Source of the DNA: an uncultured Porphyromonadaceae bacterium | Lineage (GTDB): Bacteria > Bacteroidota > Bacteroidia > Bacteroidales > Muribaculaceae | DNA length: 64,000 nt | Direction of reading: 5' to 3' | NCBI GenBank assembly: GCA_947175495.1 | Contig: CAMWNB010000006.1 | Span: 10,304 to 74,303, forward strand | Shown here: positions 41,239-50,278 of the stretch, piece by piece | Layout of the letters: every line of letters begins with the position of its first letter | Numbering within the stretch: the first letter of the stretch is position 1 | Translations under genes and position numbers: made by a program | Notes under the pieces: generated by a model | The model's database searches: none | What the model was told of the DNA's origin: nothing | The model's input: only the letters and a program-made list of their open reading frames with translations

Positions 41239-41297
41239 CCTTTGTCGCCCGAGCTTGAGACCCTGTTCCCAATATTAGTCAATGCCGGGAGCGGGGT

Positions 41298-41483
41298 CTA
41301 ATTGTCGGCGGGAGGCGCTGCGGGCGTGGCGTCGTGCTCGCCTGTGCGGGGGTTGTTGTTGAGCGTGCATGTGCGCTCGTCGACGAGTTTTTCGGTGACT
41401 TTGTTGCTGTCGGCGCTGTCTGTGGCTGCGCCGGGGTAGGTCTGTTGTGCCTTTCGCCCGGATTCGTTGTTATTATGTGTCAT
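41298..41483 (-). CDS. Small hydrophilic hypothetical protein (61 aa)
   Basis: ATG at 41483 preceded by an A-rich leader; MTHNNNESGRKAQQTYPGAATDSAD...LNNNPR. Confidence 0.5.
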   Translation of the reverse strand: MTHNNNESGRKAQQTYPGAATDSADSNKVTEKLVDERTCTLNNNPRTGEHDATPAAPPADN

Positions 41484-41561
41484 GTTTTCGTGTTTCGGGT
41501 GTTTAGTTTGACAATAAACGCTGCGGAAGGGCCCAATGTTTTGTGTGACGGGATACAAAAA

Positions 41562-41582
41562 AAGCCCGCTGAAAGCGGGCTT
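41562..41582 (-). terminator. Terminator after tRNA-Cys
   Basis: AAGCCCGCT-GAA-AGCGGGCTT followed by a U-run on the minus strand. Confidence 0.8.
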
Positions 41583-41583
41583 G

Positions 41584-41658
41584 TGGAGGTACCTAGCGGA
41601 ATCGAACCGCTGTACACGGTTTTGCAGACCGTTGCCTAACCACTCGGACCAAGGTACC
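41584..41658 (-). tRNA. tRNA-Cys(GCA)
   Basis: Acceptor GGTACCT/AGGTACC, anticodon arm ACGGT-CTGCAAA-ACCGT, T-arm AGCGG-TTCGATT-CCGCT, encoded CCA. Confidence 0.93.
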
Positions 41659-41750
41659 ATCGGTGGATTGCGAGTGCAAAGTTACAACATTTTTTTTGAA
41701 TTTGCAAGATTGCGGGCGAGATTTTTTGTAAAATTTGCGGTTGGTGGTGT

Positions 41751-44700
41751 CTATCGTGCAAGCGACAGGTTGAGGCTCAGGCCGTAAGAGGTGTTGGTGG
41801 TGGGGTAGGATGATGTGGTGATGATGGGGTTGTTGATCTGGTGCTCGAAGTAGGCTGCGAGGGTGACGCGTCGGCTGAGCACATAGTTGGCGGTGAAGTT
41901 GATGCGCCATGAGTCGGTGCCGCTTGTGGGCTGGGCGTAGTTGGTCTCGATGCGGCGTATGAGGGCGGTGTTGTGGTTGTAGCTGATGTCGGCATTCATT
42001 GTGAGGTCGTTGCTGACGCCTGTCTGGGTGCCTTTCATCTTGAGCACGGTGTTGAATCCTACTATTTTGTAGCCTACGCCGATGGTGAGGCCGCTGGTGG
42101 TGGCTTCGACTACCTGGCCTGCGGAGGTGTTGAGGGTGAGGGTGCGCTGGTCTTTGTATTCGACGTTCAGCCGCAGGTCGTTCTTGAGTGTGGCGTTTAC
42201 GCCGATAAGCGGTGCGAATCGTTCGGTGATGGCTACAGACGAGATGTTGTAGGGTGAGGAGGGTATGGGGTTGCCTGTGAGTTCGTCGAGGGTGAATCCG
42301 AGGCGTTCGCCGTCGACGCTTACCCAGTTGAGGTAGGATGAGTATGATCCTACGGAGTAGGTGCACTGGTAGGCGTGTGTGATTGTGAATGTCTTGAAGA
42401 TGTCGCGCATGCGTCCGAGGTTGATGAATCCGTCGTAGGTGACGCGCCAGTTGGGCAGCACTGCTGCGAAGGATGGGAAGGCGGTGAGGTAGATGTCGGA
42501 TGCTTTGCGTCCGGAGTAGGCGGCGATGAATGCGGGGATGAGCACGTCGCCGGAAGTGGCGCTGACGGCGCCTGTCTGCGGCGAGAACTGTGTGCCGGCA
42601 TGGGCGGTGCCGCGCAGGAATCCTGCGTCGGGATATGTGGTGCCGGCGTATCCGGCTTCGACGCGGTCGCGGACCTGCGGGATGTAGGCGAGGAAGCGGT
42701 CGAAGGCTTTGCTGGCGTAGCCGTCGGAGGCCTTTGACGGCGCGAGGGCCGTGGCGATGGCCATGTGGGTCATGGTGTAGGAGCCGCTGTAGGTGACGGG
42801 CATGTCGGCGTACATGAACTGTACTTGCTGGGTGCGGTTGTCGGTGCGGTTCATGGTGAGCTGTATCTTGAAGCCTTTGAAGGGTTCGACGGTGGCTTCG
42901 ATGTTGAGTTCTTTGCCTCCGCTCCACAGGGCGGGCGATGTCTGTCCGTCGTTGGTGATGAGCCAGTTGCGGTCGAGCGCTTTGTCGATGTAGTCGCGTC
43001 CGGCGAAGCCGAAGGCGAAGTCGAGTCCGGGCGCCATGGGTCCGTAGCTGAGGCTCTGTCCGAAGACGTTGCCGATGTCGGGGGTGAACAGGGGCAGGGA
43101 GAGGGAGCGCGTGTCGCGGTAGCGCACGCTGAGGTTGCGCGGCGACATGGCCAGGCGCAGGGCGTATTCTCCGACGTTGCGCCAGACGGTTTTTTCGTCT
43201 TTGAGTATTTCGGTGACGGTGAATTTGATGTTCTGTCCGTCGGCGCGTGTGAGGATTTCGACGCTGTTCTGGTCGACGATGCGTGTTTTGACGGGGAAGG
43301 GGCGGCTGTCGGTGGTTGTGGCCGACACGCGCACTTTCTGCGTGCGCAGGTTGTGCTTGATGATGATTGATGTGTCGGGCTTGAGGGCGTAGGTGCGCTC
43401 GAATTTCTTTGCTTTGCGCCGGCGTGTGGTTGTGGGCCGCTTGTTGGCGAAGCGTGTGTTGACGCTTTTCAGGATGGGAATTTTGTTGTAGAAGGTTTCG
43501 AAGTTGAGGCGTCCGTCGGCAGTCCATGAGCTTTGGTTGGCAATTGTGTTGCCGAGGCGTATGCCGTCGACTTCGGCTCCGCGGTCCCACCGGTAGGTGG
43601 CGTTGTAGGTGACGGATCCGTTGAGCATGTCGAGGAATGGTATCTTGGCGAACGGGGCTTTGTACTGGCCGGTGAATGTCTGGTTGTAGCTCCATGGTGT
43701 GCCCATGGAGAGGATTGACTGCCAGACGGTGTCGCGCCATTCGCGGTATTTGTCGGGGAAGAGGCGTCGGTTGACGGCTCCGACGGTTTCTTCGATGCGC
43801 GCTGAGGTGTTGGAGTTGAATGAGAGCGAGAGTGTCTTGGTGACGTTCCAGTTGAGGTTAAGCTGCCGGTCCCACAGGAAGTTCTTGCTTACGGACACGG
43901 GGAGCTGGAACATCTGGTCGATTTCGGAGCGTGTCTGCTGCTCGTAGTAGTATCGGCTCATGTTGGTGTTGAACGCGATGCTTGTGGGGAGCCAGTTGAG
44001 TTCCCAGTCGCGCAGGAAGCGTGCGTTCTTGCTCTTGGATTTTATGTTTTTGAAGGGTTTGAAGGGCTTGAAGTAGGGCGAGTAGCTGTACTGGAGCGAG
44101 CCGCGGTAGTCGTTGGTGTATTCGTACTCGGTGGTGGGGTCTTTTTTTGTTGTTTTGTTGAAGGAGAAGTTGGCTGTGAAGTTGGCGGGGTCCCAGGGCA
44201 TGGGGTTTTTGCTCTTGACTCCGAAGTTGAGGCCGGAGATGGAGAAATTGCGCACGGTGGTGCGCTCCTCGGCGTAGGCGAGGATGCTGTCGCGCTCGTG
44301 GGTGTTGTCGCACTCGTCGAGTGCGTCGCTGAGGCGTACGTCCTGGTCGAGGGGGTTGTATTTGGGCGTTGTCTTTTCGGTGCTGTAGGAGTAGTAGACG
44401 GGTGCGCGCAGCTTGGCTTTTTCCGGAAGGAAGCGGCCGAGGTCGGTCTGCACGGCGATGTTGTACTGGTGGTAGTCGTCGAGACGTCGTTCGTTGAGGC
44501 TCTGGTCTACACCTCCGAATCCGGAGCTTTCGATGTGGGCTCCCATGTTGATGGTGGCTATGTCGCTGACGGAGAGGGTGGCGTTGGCTTTTGCGGCGTA
44601 GCCTCCTTCTTCGTTGAAGTCGGTGACTTTGAGTTCGTTGACCCATACGGTGCCGCTTTTTGTCGTCGAGGAGTTGTTGCGCACGCCGATGAGTATGACG

Positions 44701-47700
44701 CGGACGTCGCTGAGGGACGGGTTGCCGAGGACGGCCATGCGGTTTCGCTCGTTGTCGGGGTCGCGTCCGGAGTAGAGTGTGGCGAATCCTACGCCGGACT
44801 GTTCTTCGCGTTTGGCCCGGTTGCGTTCTTGCTTGAGGTCGACGAGCGCCTGCAGGTTGAGGTTGAGGAAGTTGCGTTCGGGCCACACGATGTAGCGGTC
44901 GCTTTCGAGGTAGGTGTTGTAGTTGCCGGGCGGGGTGAGTTCGAGTGGTATCTCGTATTCGTAGAAGTTGTTTTTTACGTCGGTGCCGAGGCGTATGATG
45001 ATGGAGAGGTCGCCGGAGCGGAGGTCGGTGGTGTTGTCGATGAGGGCTTCGGCGTGGTTCCACATCTGGAGGCGTTTGTAGTTGCGCAGGTCGAGCTGTG
45101 TGTTGCGGTAGACGGCGCGTGCGTCGCCGGGGTTGAGTCCGCTTACTTTCAGCGACATGGACTGCTCGTTGAGCTGGATGACCTGGCTCTGTCCGGGGTC
45201 GGTGACGCGTGTGACTCCCGGGGGCAGGACGTAGTTGACGGGTGTGCGGCGTGAGTTTTCCTCGATGTTGACTACGGAGATGTCGAGGTCGCCTTCGGCG
45301 GGTGCGTCGCCGCGTGTGTTGAGGTTGAAGTCGTAGGGGCGCCATTCGCCGCGCACGAGTTCGAAGGATGCGAAGCGCAGGTGTGTGACGGCTTTGAAGC
45401 CGGTCATGAACAGGCGGGCGAATCGGATTGTGGAGAAGTCGCTGATGGATCCGACGATGCGTTCGTAGTCGCTGAGCGGGATTTTGAACTGGAACCATTC
45501 GACGCGCAGGTCCTTGCCGTCGACGGTGCGCTGCATGGATTCCTGACGGTCGGTGATGTAGTTTTTGCCGACGACGAGGTCGTCGGGGCGGATGGAGACT
45601 TTGTACTGGAAGTAGCGTTCGTATTCGTTGAGGGTGTTGTCCTGGTTGATGTCTTCGACGTCGGGGCCGCTTTTTGCCGATTGATAGAGTGGGTCGGGTG
45701 CTTCGTCGGGGTTGAGCGAGTTGCCTTCGACGCCGTTGTAGCGTTTGTAGCGTGCGAGGACGCCGAGGCGCTCTTCGTCGTAGTCGTATCCGCGGTAGAA
45801 GTGGTAGTTGTCGCCTGCGGGGTCGTTGAGGGGTGAGAATGCGTCGGCCTGCATGCGCTCTATGGCGGATGGGGAGAGGCGGGTGCGGAGTGTGGCGAGG
45901 TATTCGGCGTAGGAGGGGTGGTCGTACTCCATTTCGTTGGGGAGCCCGTCGAGGCCGACGTCCTGCACGAGGCGGGCGCCATTGGCGTTGTCGAAGCTGT
46001 AGGTCAGCGAGTTCTGGCGTGATACGCGTCCCCAGACGGTCTGTTCGAGGTATTGGTCGTCGCCGTCGTAAGGGATGCCGTTTTCGTAGCTTTTGAGGCC
46101 GTCTTTGAGGATGTCTTCGCTGATTTCGCCGAAGTTGAGGTAGAGGTCGCCGCCTTCGAGATTGGGGTTCTCGGGGTCGAGGAACGGGTTGAGGAGCCAG
46201 AACTGGACGTACTCGATGTTGCTTTGTTCGAAGTTGGTGTTGTCGAGGCGTCTCATTATACCGCCCCAGCGTCGCTCGGGGTAGAGGAGGTTGCCTTCGT
46301 CGTCGATGTTGGTGGCGTCGAGGTTGTAGGGGCCTCGCTCGGTCGGGTAGTAGGACAGGTTGAGTGTCTGGATGGTGGCGGATTCGCTGTAGCTCTGGTC
46401 GCGTCCGGGGTAGATTTCGCGGGTGTAGACTTCGCGCACATAGGGGTTGGATAGTTGTGCGAGGTCGCTTTTGAGGTAGCCCGGCGCGAGGGATGAGTTG
46501 CGCTGTGTGAACATGCGGTCGATGTAGTACCAGTTGAGCAGGGCGCGGTTTTTGCCGTAGTCGACGTTGTTGCTGAGCGATGCTTCGGGGAAGAGTGCGT
46601 TGGGTCCGGATTCCCAGGGGGTGGATGCCAGCTGCCAAGCGTAGGGTGAGCGCAGGTCGATTCCTGTCTGGGAGGATTCGAAGTCGTCGACGTAGCTTGA
46701 GCCTTTGTTGGAGCCGCTTTTCTGGGAGTGGGGGATTATGCGTGCGTACTCGGCGGTGAGGCTCATGCGTGACGGTGCTGTGGCGTTGACGGTTGGGATG
46801 CGGTTGACGAGGTTTGTGAGCCACATGAACTCGGAGTTGTAGCTGAGGTTGAAGCCGAGCATGGTGTTGCTGACGGTTTCGTCGCCGATGTTGACTTTCT
46901 CGGTGAGTGCTTTTTCGGAGAAGTGTAGGAGTGTGGCGCCAACGTTGAGCTGCTTGCTGAACTGGTATTGGAGGTCGAGTCCGAGGAGTGTCTTGCGCTG
47001 GGTGGAGAACATGGACTGGTTCTCGAGTGTGACGCTGACGCTCTGTCCGGAGTCGATGATGCTCTGGTTGGTGATGGTGACGATGCCCATGGCGTAGTCG
47101 ACGGTGTAGTCGGCGTTCTCGGTGAGGGTGACGCCTCCTGCGGTGACGACGACAGATCCTCTCGGAACGTTCATGGCGTTGAGGCGTATCTGCGAGCCGG
47201 AGGAGGCCTGGTATTCGCCGGTGAGGACGAATTTGTTTTTGTCGGCGAACTGACGGGCTACTATGAGCGTGGAGTCGTAAAGTTCTTGATAGACGTATTG
47301 CTGCGCGATGGCCGGGTTGCCTATTTTTTCGGCGAGGTGTGAACCGAAGGGTTCGACTACGGGGAAGATGACTTTGCCTGTCTGCGAGTAGATGGTGTAG
47401 CCTTCTATGAAGTCGAAGAATCCGTCGGGGTTGCTTTGCTCGTTGGAGTCGATGCGGTCGAGGTTCATTACCTGCAGCAGTGGCTGGTTGTTGAGGCCCG
47501 GGACCGGCAGGTAGTTGATCTGCAGGCCTGTGGTGTCGCTGAGGTATTTGATGTTGAGCTTGAATTTGTTTTTCTGAATCTGATAGCCGCCGAGGGAGTA
47601 TACGTTTTTCATCATGAGGTCCCACACGGGCATGGATGGTGTGGTGGTGGTTCCTTTGAGCATTTTTACGTATAGCGACTGGTCGGTGGTGGTGATGTCG

Positions 47701-49211
47701 CCGGAGAATTCTCCGACCTGGTAGACGCGTCCATTGTAGCTGTACTCGTAGGCTACGGCGAGGACTTCGTCGGATGCGATTGCGGTTTTTACGGAGATGT
47801 AGCCGAGTGTGGAGTTTAGGGTGTATTCGGACGATGAAAGGAGGCGGGCGCTTTCGATTTTCTCGTAGTCGCTTCCGCCTTCGATGCCGTAGGAGGCGAG
47901 GGGTTCGAGTGCCTGAGTGACGGTGTTGATGTTGCGTGCTCCCGGATAGTCGGCTTTTATGACTGCCGGGAGGTTGTTGCTGGCGTTGGCAGGGTTGGGC
48001 AGGGCGGGGTCGGGCTGCCAGTAGCTGTTGGCGAGGTGTGAGTTCTCGCCGAGGTCCTGGAAGGCCACGAGGTTGCGGCTCTGCTCGTATTTTCCGCCTT
48101 TGTTGGTGATCCACACTTCTATGCGTGTGATTTTCACTCCGCTGCTGACGTAGGGGAGTTTTGATGCGAAGCGGTCGTAGTTGTCGCGGAAAAAGTGGGC
48201 GAGGAAGTAGTGGCGGTTGGCGTCGTATTCGTCGGCGTTGACGGTGAACTGTGTTGTCTGTGATCCGCCTTTGGAGCTGACGGATTTGCTTTCGGAGTTT
48301 TGCTGGCTTACGAGCGCGGTTGCGGTGAGGCGTCCGAACTGGAGTTTTGTCTTGAAGCCGAACAGGGCTGTGCTGCCTCGGATGAGCGAGGAGCCTGTGG
48401 TCATGGACACGTTGCCGGCTTCGATGCTTTTGACGATGTCGTCTTCTTCGCCTTCGTAGGCGAGTTTGAGGTTTTTTGAGTCGAAGTCGAAGGTGGCGTC
48501 GGTGTTGTAGGTCATGTTGAATTTCAGGCGGTTGCCTACGGAAGCATTGACGGTTGCCTGGACTTTCTGGTCGAAGTCGAAGTAGGTTTTGCGGCGGGAC
48601 GACAGGGAAAGGGCGGGGTTGTCGGTGAAGTTGCTTTTTATGCCCATGGCTACTTGTACGGAGCCTTGTGTGCGCAGCTGGACTCCGCCCGGGCCGAAGA
48701 TTTTGTCGAGTGGGCCGAGGGCGAAGTTCATGTCGAGGATGTTGAATGGCTGCTTGTCTTTGTTGTCGGCTGCAATGGAGTTGCGCTCGCGGTAGTATTG
48801 CTGCATGGAGCGGCGCAGCTGCCAGTTGTCGTACTGGGCTTTGCTGAGCATGAACGGGGTGGCGATGTCGATGTCGCCTACGCGGGTGCGCACGACGTAG
48901 CAGCCGGTTGCGGGGTCGTACTCGGCTGTGGTCTTGATGTTTGACGGAATGTCGAGGTCGTAGGCCAGCTCGTCGGCCATGAGCTCTTCGTAGCTTTTGG
49001 GCACTGTTCCGTTGACGGGCAGCGGGAGGGGCACGGTGTCGATGGGCGCTGTGAACGCGGGGTAGGCTGCGGGCGCGGGCGGCGCAGGGCGTGTGTCGCG
49101 GGTCTGCGCTATTGCGGAATAGCATGCGCCGGCCAGGGCTGCAGCGATGGCTGCAGTCTTGACAAAGGCGCGCACGCGCGCGCGTATGTGGCGATGCTGT
49201 TCTTTTTCCAT
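41751..49211 (-). CDS. sprA: Type IX secretion translocon SprA/Sov
   Basis: 2486 aa; KLAYEGEEDDIVKSIEAGNVS, WVNELK; conserved ruvA-sprA gene order. Confidence 0.93.
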   Translation of the reverse strand: MEKEQHRHIRARVRAFVKTAAIAAALAGACYSAIAQTRDTRPAPPAPAAYPAFTAPIDTVPLPLPVNGTVPKSYEELMADELAYDLDIPSNIKTTAEYDPATGCYVVRTRVGDIDIATPFMLSKAQYDNWQLRRSMQQYYRERNSIAADNKDKQPFNILDMNFALGPLDKIFGPGGVQLRTQGSVQVAMGIKSNFTDNPALSLSSRRKTYFDFDQKVQATVNASVGNRLKFNMTYNTDATFDFDSKNLKLAYEGEEDDIVKSIEAGNVSMTTGSSLIRGSTALFGFKTKLQFGRLTATALVSQQNSESKSVSSKGGSQTTQFTVNADEYDANRHYFLAHFFRDNYDRFASKLPYVSSGVKITRIEVWITNKGGKYEQSRNLVAFQDLGENSHLANSYWQPDPALPNPANASNNLPAVIKADYPGARNINTVTQALEPLASYGIEGGSDYEKIESARLLSSSEYTLNSTLGYISVKTAIASDEVLAVAYEYSYNGRVYQVGEFSGDITTTDQSLYVKMLKGTTTTPSMPVWDLMMKNVYSLGGYQIQKNKFKLNIKYLSDTTGLQINYLPVPGLNNQPLLQVMNLDRIDSNEQSNPDGFFDFIEGYTIYSQTGKVIFPVVEPFGSHLAEKIGNPAIAQQYVYQELYDSTLIVARQFADKNKFVLTGEYQASSGSQIRLNAMNVPRGSVVVTAGGVTLTENADYTVDYAMGIVTITNQSIIDSGQSVSVTLENQSMFSTQRKTLLGLDLQYQFSKQLNVGATLLHFSEKALTEKVNIGDETVSNTMLGFNLSYNSEFMWLTNLVNRIPTVNATAPSRMSLTAEYARIIPHSQKSGSNKGSSYVDDFESSQTGIDLRSPYAWQLASTPWESGPNALFPEASLSNNVDYGKNRALLNWYYIDRMFTQRNSSLAPGYLKSDLAQLSNPYVREVYTREIYPGRDQSYSESATIQTLNLSYYPTERGPYNLDATNIDDEGNLLYPERRWGGIMRRLDNTNFEQSNIEYVQFWLLNPFLDPENPNLEGGDLYLNFGEISEDILKDGLKSYENGIPYDGDDQYLEQTVWGRVSRQNSLTYSFDNANGARLVQDVGLDGLPNEMEYDHPSYAEYLATLRTRLSPSAIERMQADAFSPLNDPAGDNYHFYRGYDYDEERLGVLARYKRYNGVEGNSLNPDEAPDPLYQSAKSGPDVEDINQDNTLNEYERYFQYKVSIRPDDLVVGKNYITDRQESMQRTVDGKDLRVEWFQFKIPLSDYERIVGSISDFSTIRFARLFMTGFKAVTHLRFASFELVRGEWRPYDFNLNTRGDAPAEGDLDISVVNIEENSRRTPVNYVLPPGVTRVTDPGQSQVIQLNEQSMSLKVSGLNPGDARAVYRNTQLDLRNYKRLQMWNHAEALIDNTTDLRSGDLSIIIRLGTDVKNNFYEYEIPLELTPPGNYNTYLESDRYIVWPERNFLNLNLQALVDLKQERNRAKREEQSGVGFATLYSGRDPDNERNRMAVLGNPSLSDVRVILIGVRNNSSTTKSGTVWVNELKVTDFNEEGGYAAKANATLSVSDIATINMGAHIESSGFGGVDQSLNERRLDDYHQYNIAVQTDLGRFLPEKAKLRAPVYYSYSTEKTTPKYNPLDQDVRLSDALDECDNTHERDSILAYAEERTTVRNFSISGLNFGVKSKNPMPWDPANFTANFSFNKTTKKDPTTEYEYTNDYRGSLQYSYSPYFKPFKPFKNIKSKSKNARFLRDWELNWLPTSIAFNTNMSRYYYEQQTRSEIDQMFQLPVSVSKNFLWDRQLNLNWNVTKTLSLSFNSNTSARIEETVGAVNRRLFPDKYREWRDTVWQSILSMGTPWSYNQTFTGQYKAPFAKIPFLDMLNGSVTYNATYRWDRGAEVDGIRLGNTIANQSSWTADGRLNFETFYNKIPILKSVNTRFANKRPTTTRRRKAKKFERTYALKPDTSIIIKHNLRTQKVRVSATTTDSRPFPVKTRIVDQNSVEILTRADGQNIKFTVTEILKDEKTVWRNVGEYALRLAMSPRNLSVRYRDTRSLSLPLFTPDIGNVFGQSLSYGPMAPGLDFAFGFAGRDYIDKALDRNWLITNDGQTSPALWSGGKELNIEATVEPFKGFKIQLTMNRTDNRTQQVQFMYADMPVTYSGSYTMTHMAIATALAPSKASDGYASKAFDRFLAYIPQVRDRVEAGYAGTTYPDAGFLRGTAHAGTQFSPQTGAVSATSGDVLIPAFIAAYSGRKASDIYLTAFPSFAAVLPNWRVTYDGFINLGRMRDIFKTFTITHAYQCTYSVGSYSSYLNWVSVDGERLGFTLDELTGNPIPSSPYNISSVAITERFAPLIGVNATLKNDLRLNVEYKDQRTLTLNTSAGQVVEATTSGLTIGVGYKIVGFNTVLKMKGTQTGVSNDLTMNADISYNHNTALIRRIETNYAQPTSGTDSWRINFTANYVLSRRVTLAAYFEHQINNPIITTSSYPTTNTSYGLSLNLSLAR

Positions 49212-49218
49212 TGTGCGC

Positions 49219-49809
49219 CTACATCATAGCAAGCGCTTTGCGGATAGCTGTCTCTACTTTTGTGGCGGAGTCAGCTTCGAAGATTTTTGCGAGTGCTTTC
49301 TGGCTTTGCTGGCGTGTGTAGCCAAGAATGGTGAGGGCTGTGAGTGCTTCCTCGAAAGCTTCGTTTTCTTTTCCTGCGCTGTGCTGTTCTAATAACGTAG
49401 CTTCCATGGGATTTATTTTGTCGCGCAGGTCAACAATTATTCTTTCGGCTGTTTTAGCGCCTATTCCTTTTACGTTTTTGAGGCGGCGAGTGTCGCCGGA
49501 GGTGATGACGGCGCCGAGTTCGGAGGCCGGAATCGCCGACAGAATGGTGCGTGCGGAGCCTGCTCCTACGCCGCTTACGCCAATGAGCAGCCGGAATAGC
49601 GCGCGCTCTGATTCGTCGAGGAATCCGAAAAGGGTCCATGCGTCGTCGCGAATGGCTTCGTGCACGAGCAGGCGTGCATTTTCGCGTCCGCCAAGTGCAG
49701 TGTATGTGGGGAGGGTGATGTTGAGCAGGTAGGCCACGCCTCCGGGGGTTTCTATTGTCGCATCGGTGGGTGTGAGTGCGGCGATGGTTCCTGTGATGTA
49801 TTCAATCAT
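49219..49809 (-). CDS. ruvA: Holliday junction branch migration protein
   Basis: MIEYITG, LFGF, LIGVSGVGA, KGIGAKTAERIIVDLRDK, EALTALTILGY. Confidence 0.96.
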   Translation of the reverse strand: MIEYITGTIAALTPTDATIETPGGVAYLLNITLPTYTALGGRENARLLVHEAIRDDAWTLFGFLDESERALFRLLIGVSGVGAGSARTILSAIPASELGAVITSGDTRRLKNVKGIGAKTAERIIVDLRDKINPMEATLLEQHSAGKENEAFEEALTALTILGYTRQQSQKALAKIFEADSATKVETAIRKALAMM

Positions 49810-49844
49810 GTCTGTGGCGTGATGTGTTTTTGCGGAAATAAAGA

Positions 49845-49875
49845 AAGTCGGCTACTCCATGGGAGCAACCGACTT
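49845..49875 (-). terminator. Probable terminator of the small lipoprotein gene
   Basis: AAGTCGG...CCGACTT stem with inner CTCC/GGAG, followed by TTCTTTATT on the minus strand. Confidence 0.55.
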
Positions 49876-49898
49876 ATGCTTTTTGTAGAGTCGTCGTA

Positions 49899-50111
49899 TT
49901 ATTCGGCAACTACAGCAGCAACTTCAGCTACAACGGTGTCAACAGCTGCGCTGTCGGTAGCTGCGCTGTCAACAACAGCAGCAACTTCTTCAACAGCTAC
50001 AACGGTGTCGCAGCAAGTGCTGTCGCAAGCGTCAGCAGCCTTGTCGGCGCTGCCGCAGGAGAACATGGTAGCGCTGAAAGCGACTGCGAGTAAAAGAACT
50101 AACTTTTTCAT
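49899..50111 (-). CDS. Small acidic lipoprotein (70 aa)
   Basis: MKKLVLLLAVAFSATMFSC lipobox; Ala/Val/Asp-rich body with CDSTCC. Confidence 0.75.
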   Translation of the reverse strand: MKKLVLLLAVAFSATMFSCGSADKAADACDSTCCDTVVAVEEVAAVVDSAATDSAAVDTVVAEVAAVVAE

Positions 50112-50278
50112 TTCCTTTTTGATTAAGAGTAAAACAATATTGTTGTGCTTCAAAAACGATGCAAAGTTATTGCAATTTTTTATTTTCGCAAAATATTTTA
50201 GCGTTTTTTTCTGCTTTATAGCATAAAAATTAACGGTTAAAAAATGCTAAAAATAATAAATTGCTGAGTTATAGGCGT

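Noticed and set aside
43858-49125. 1755-aa alternative-frame ORF inside sprA (also 41593..43740)
   Set aside because: Arg/Pro/His-rich shadow frame caused by the strong C-ending codon bias of sprA; no domain signal.
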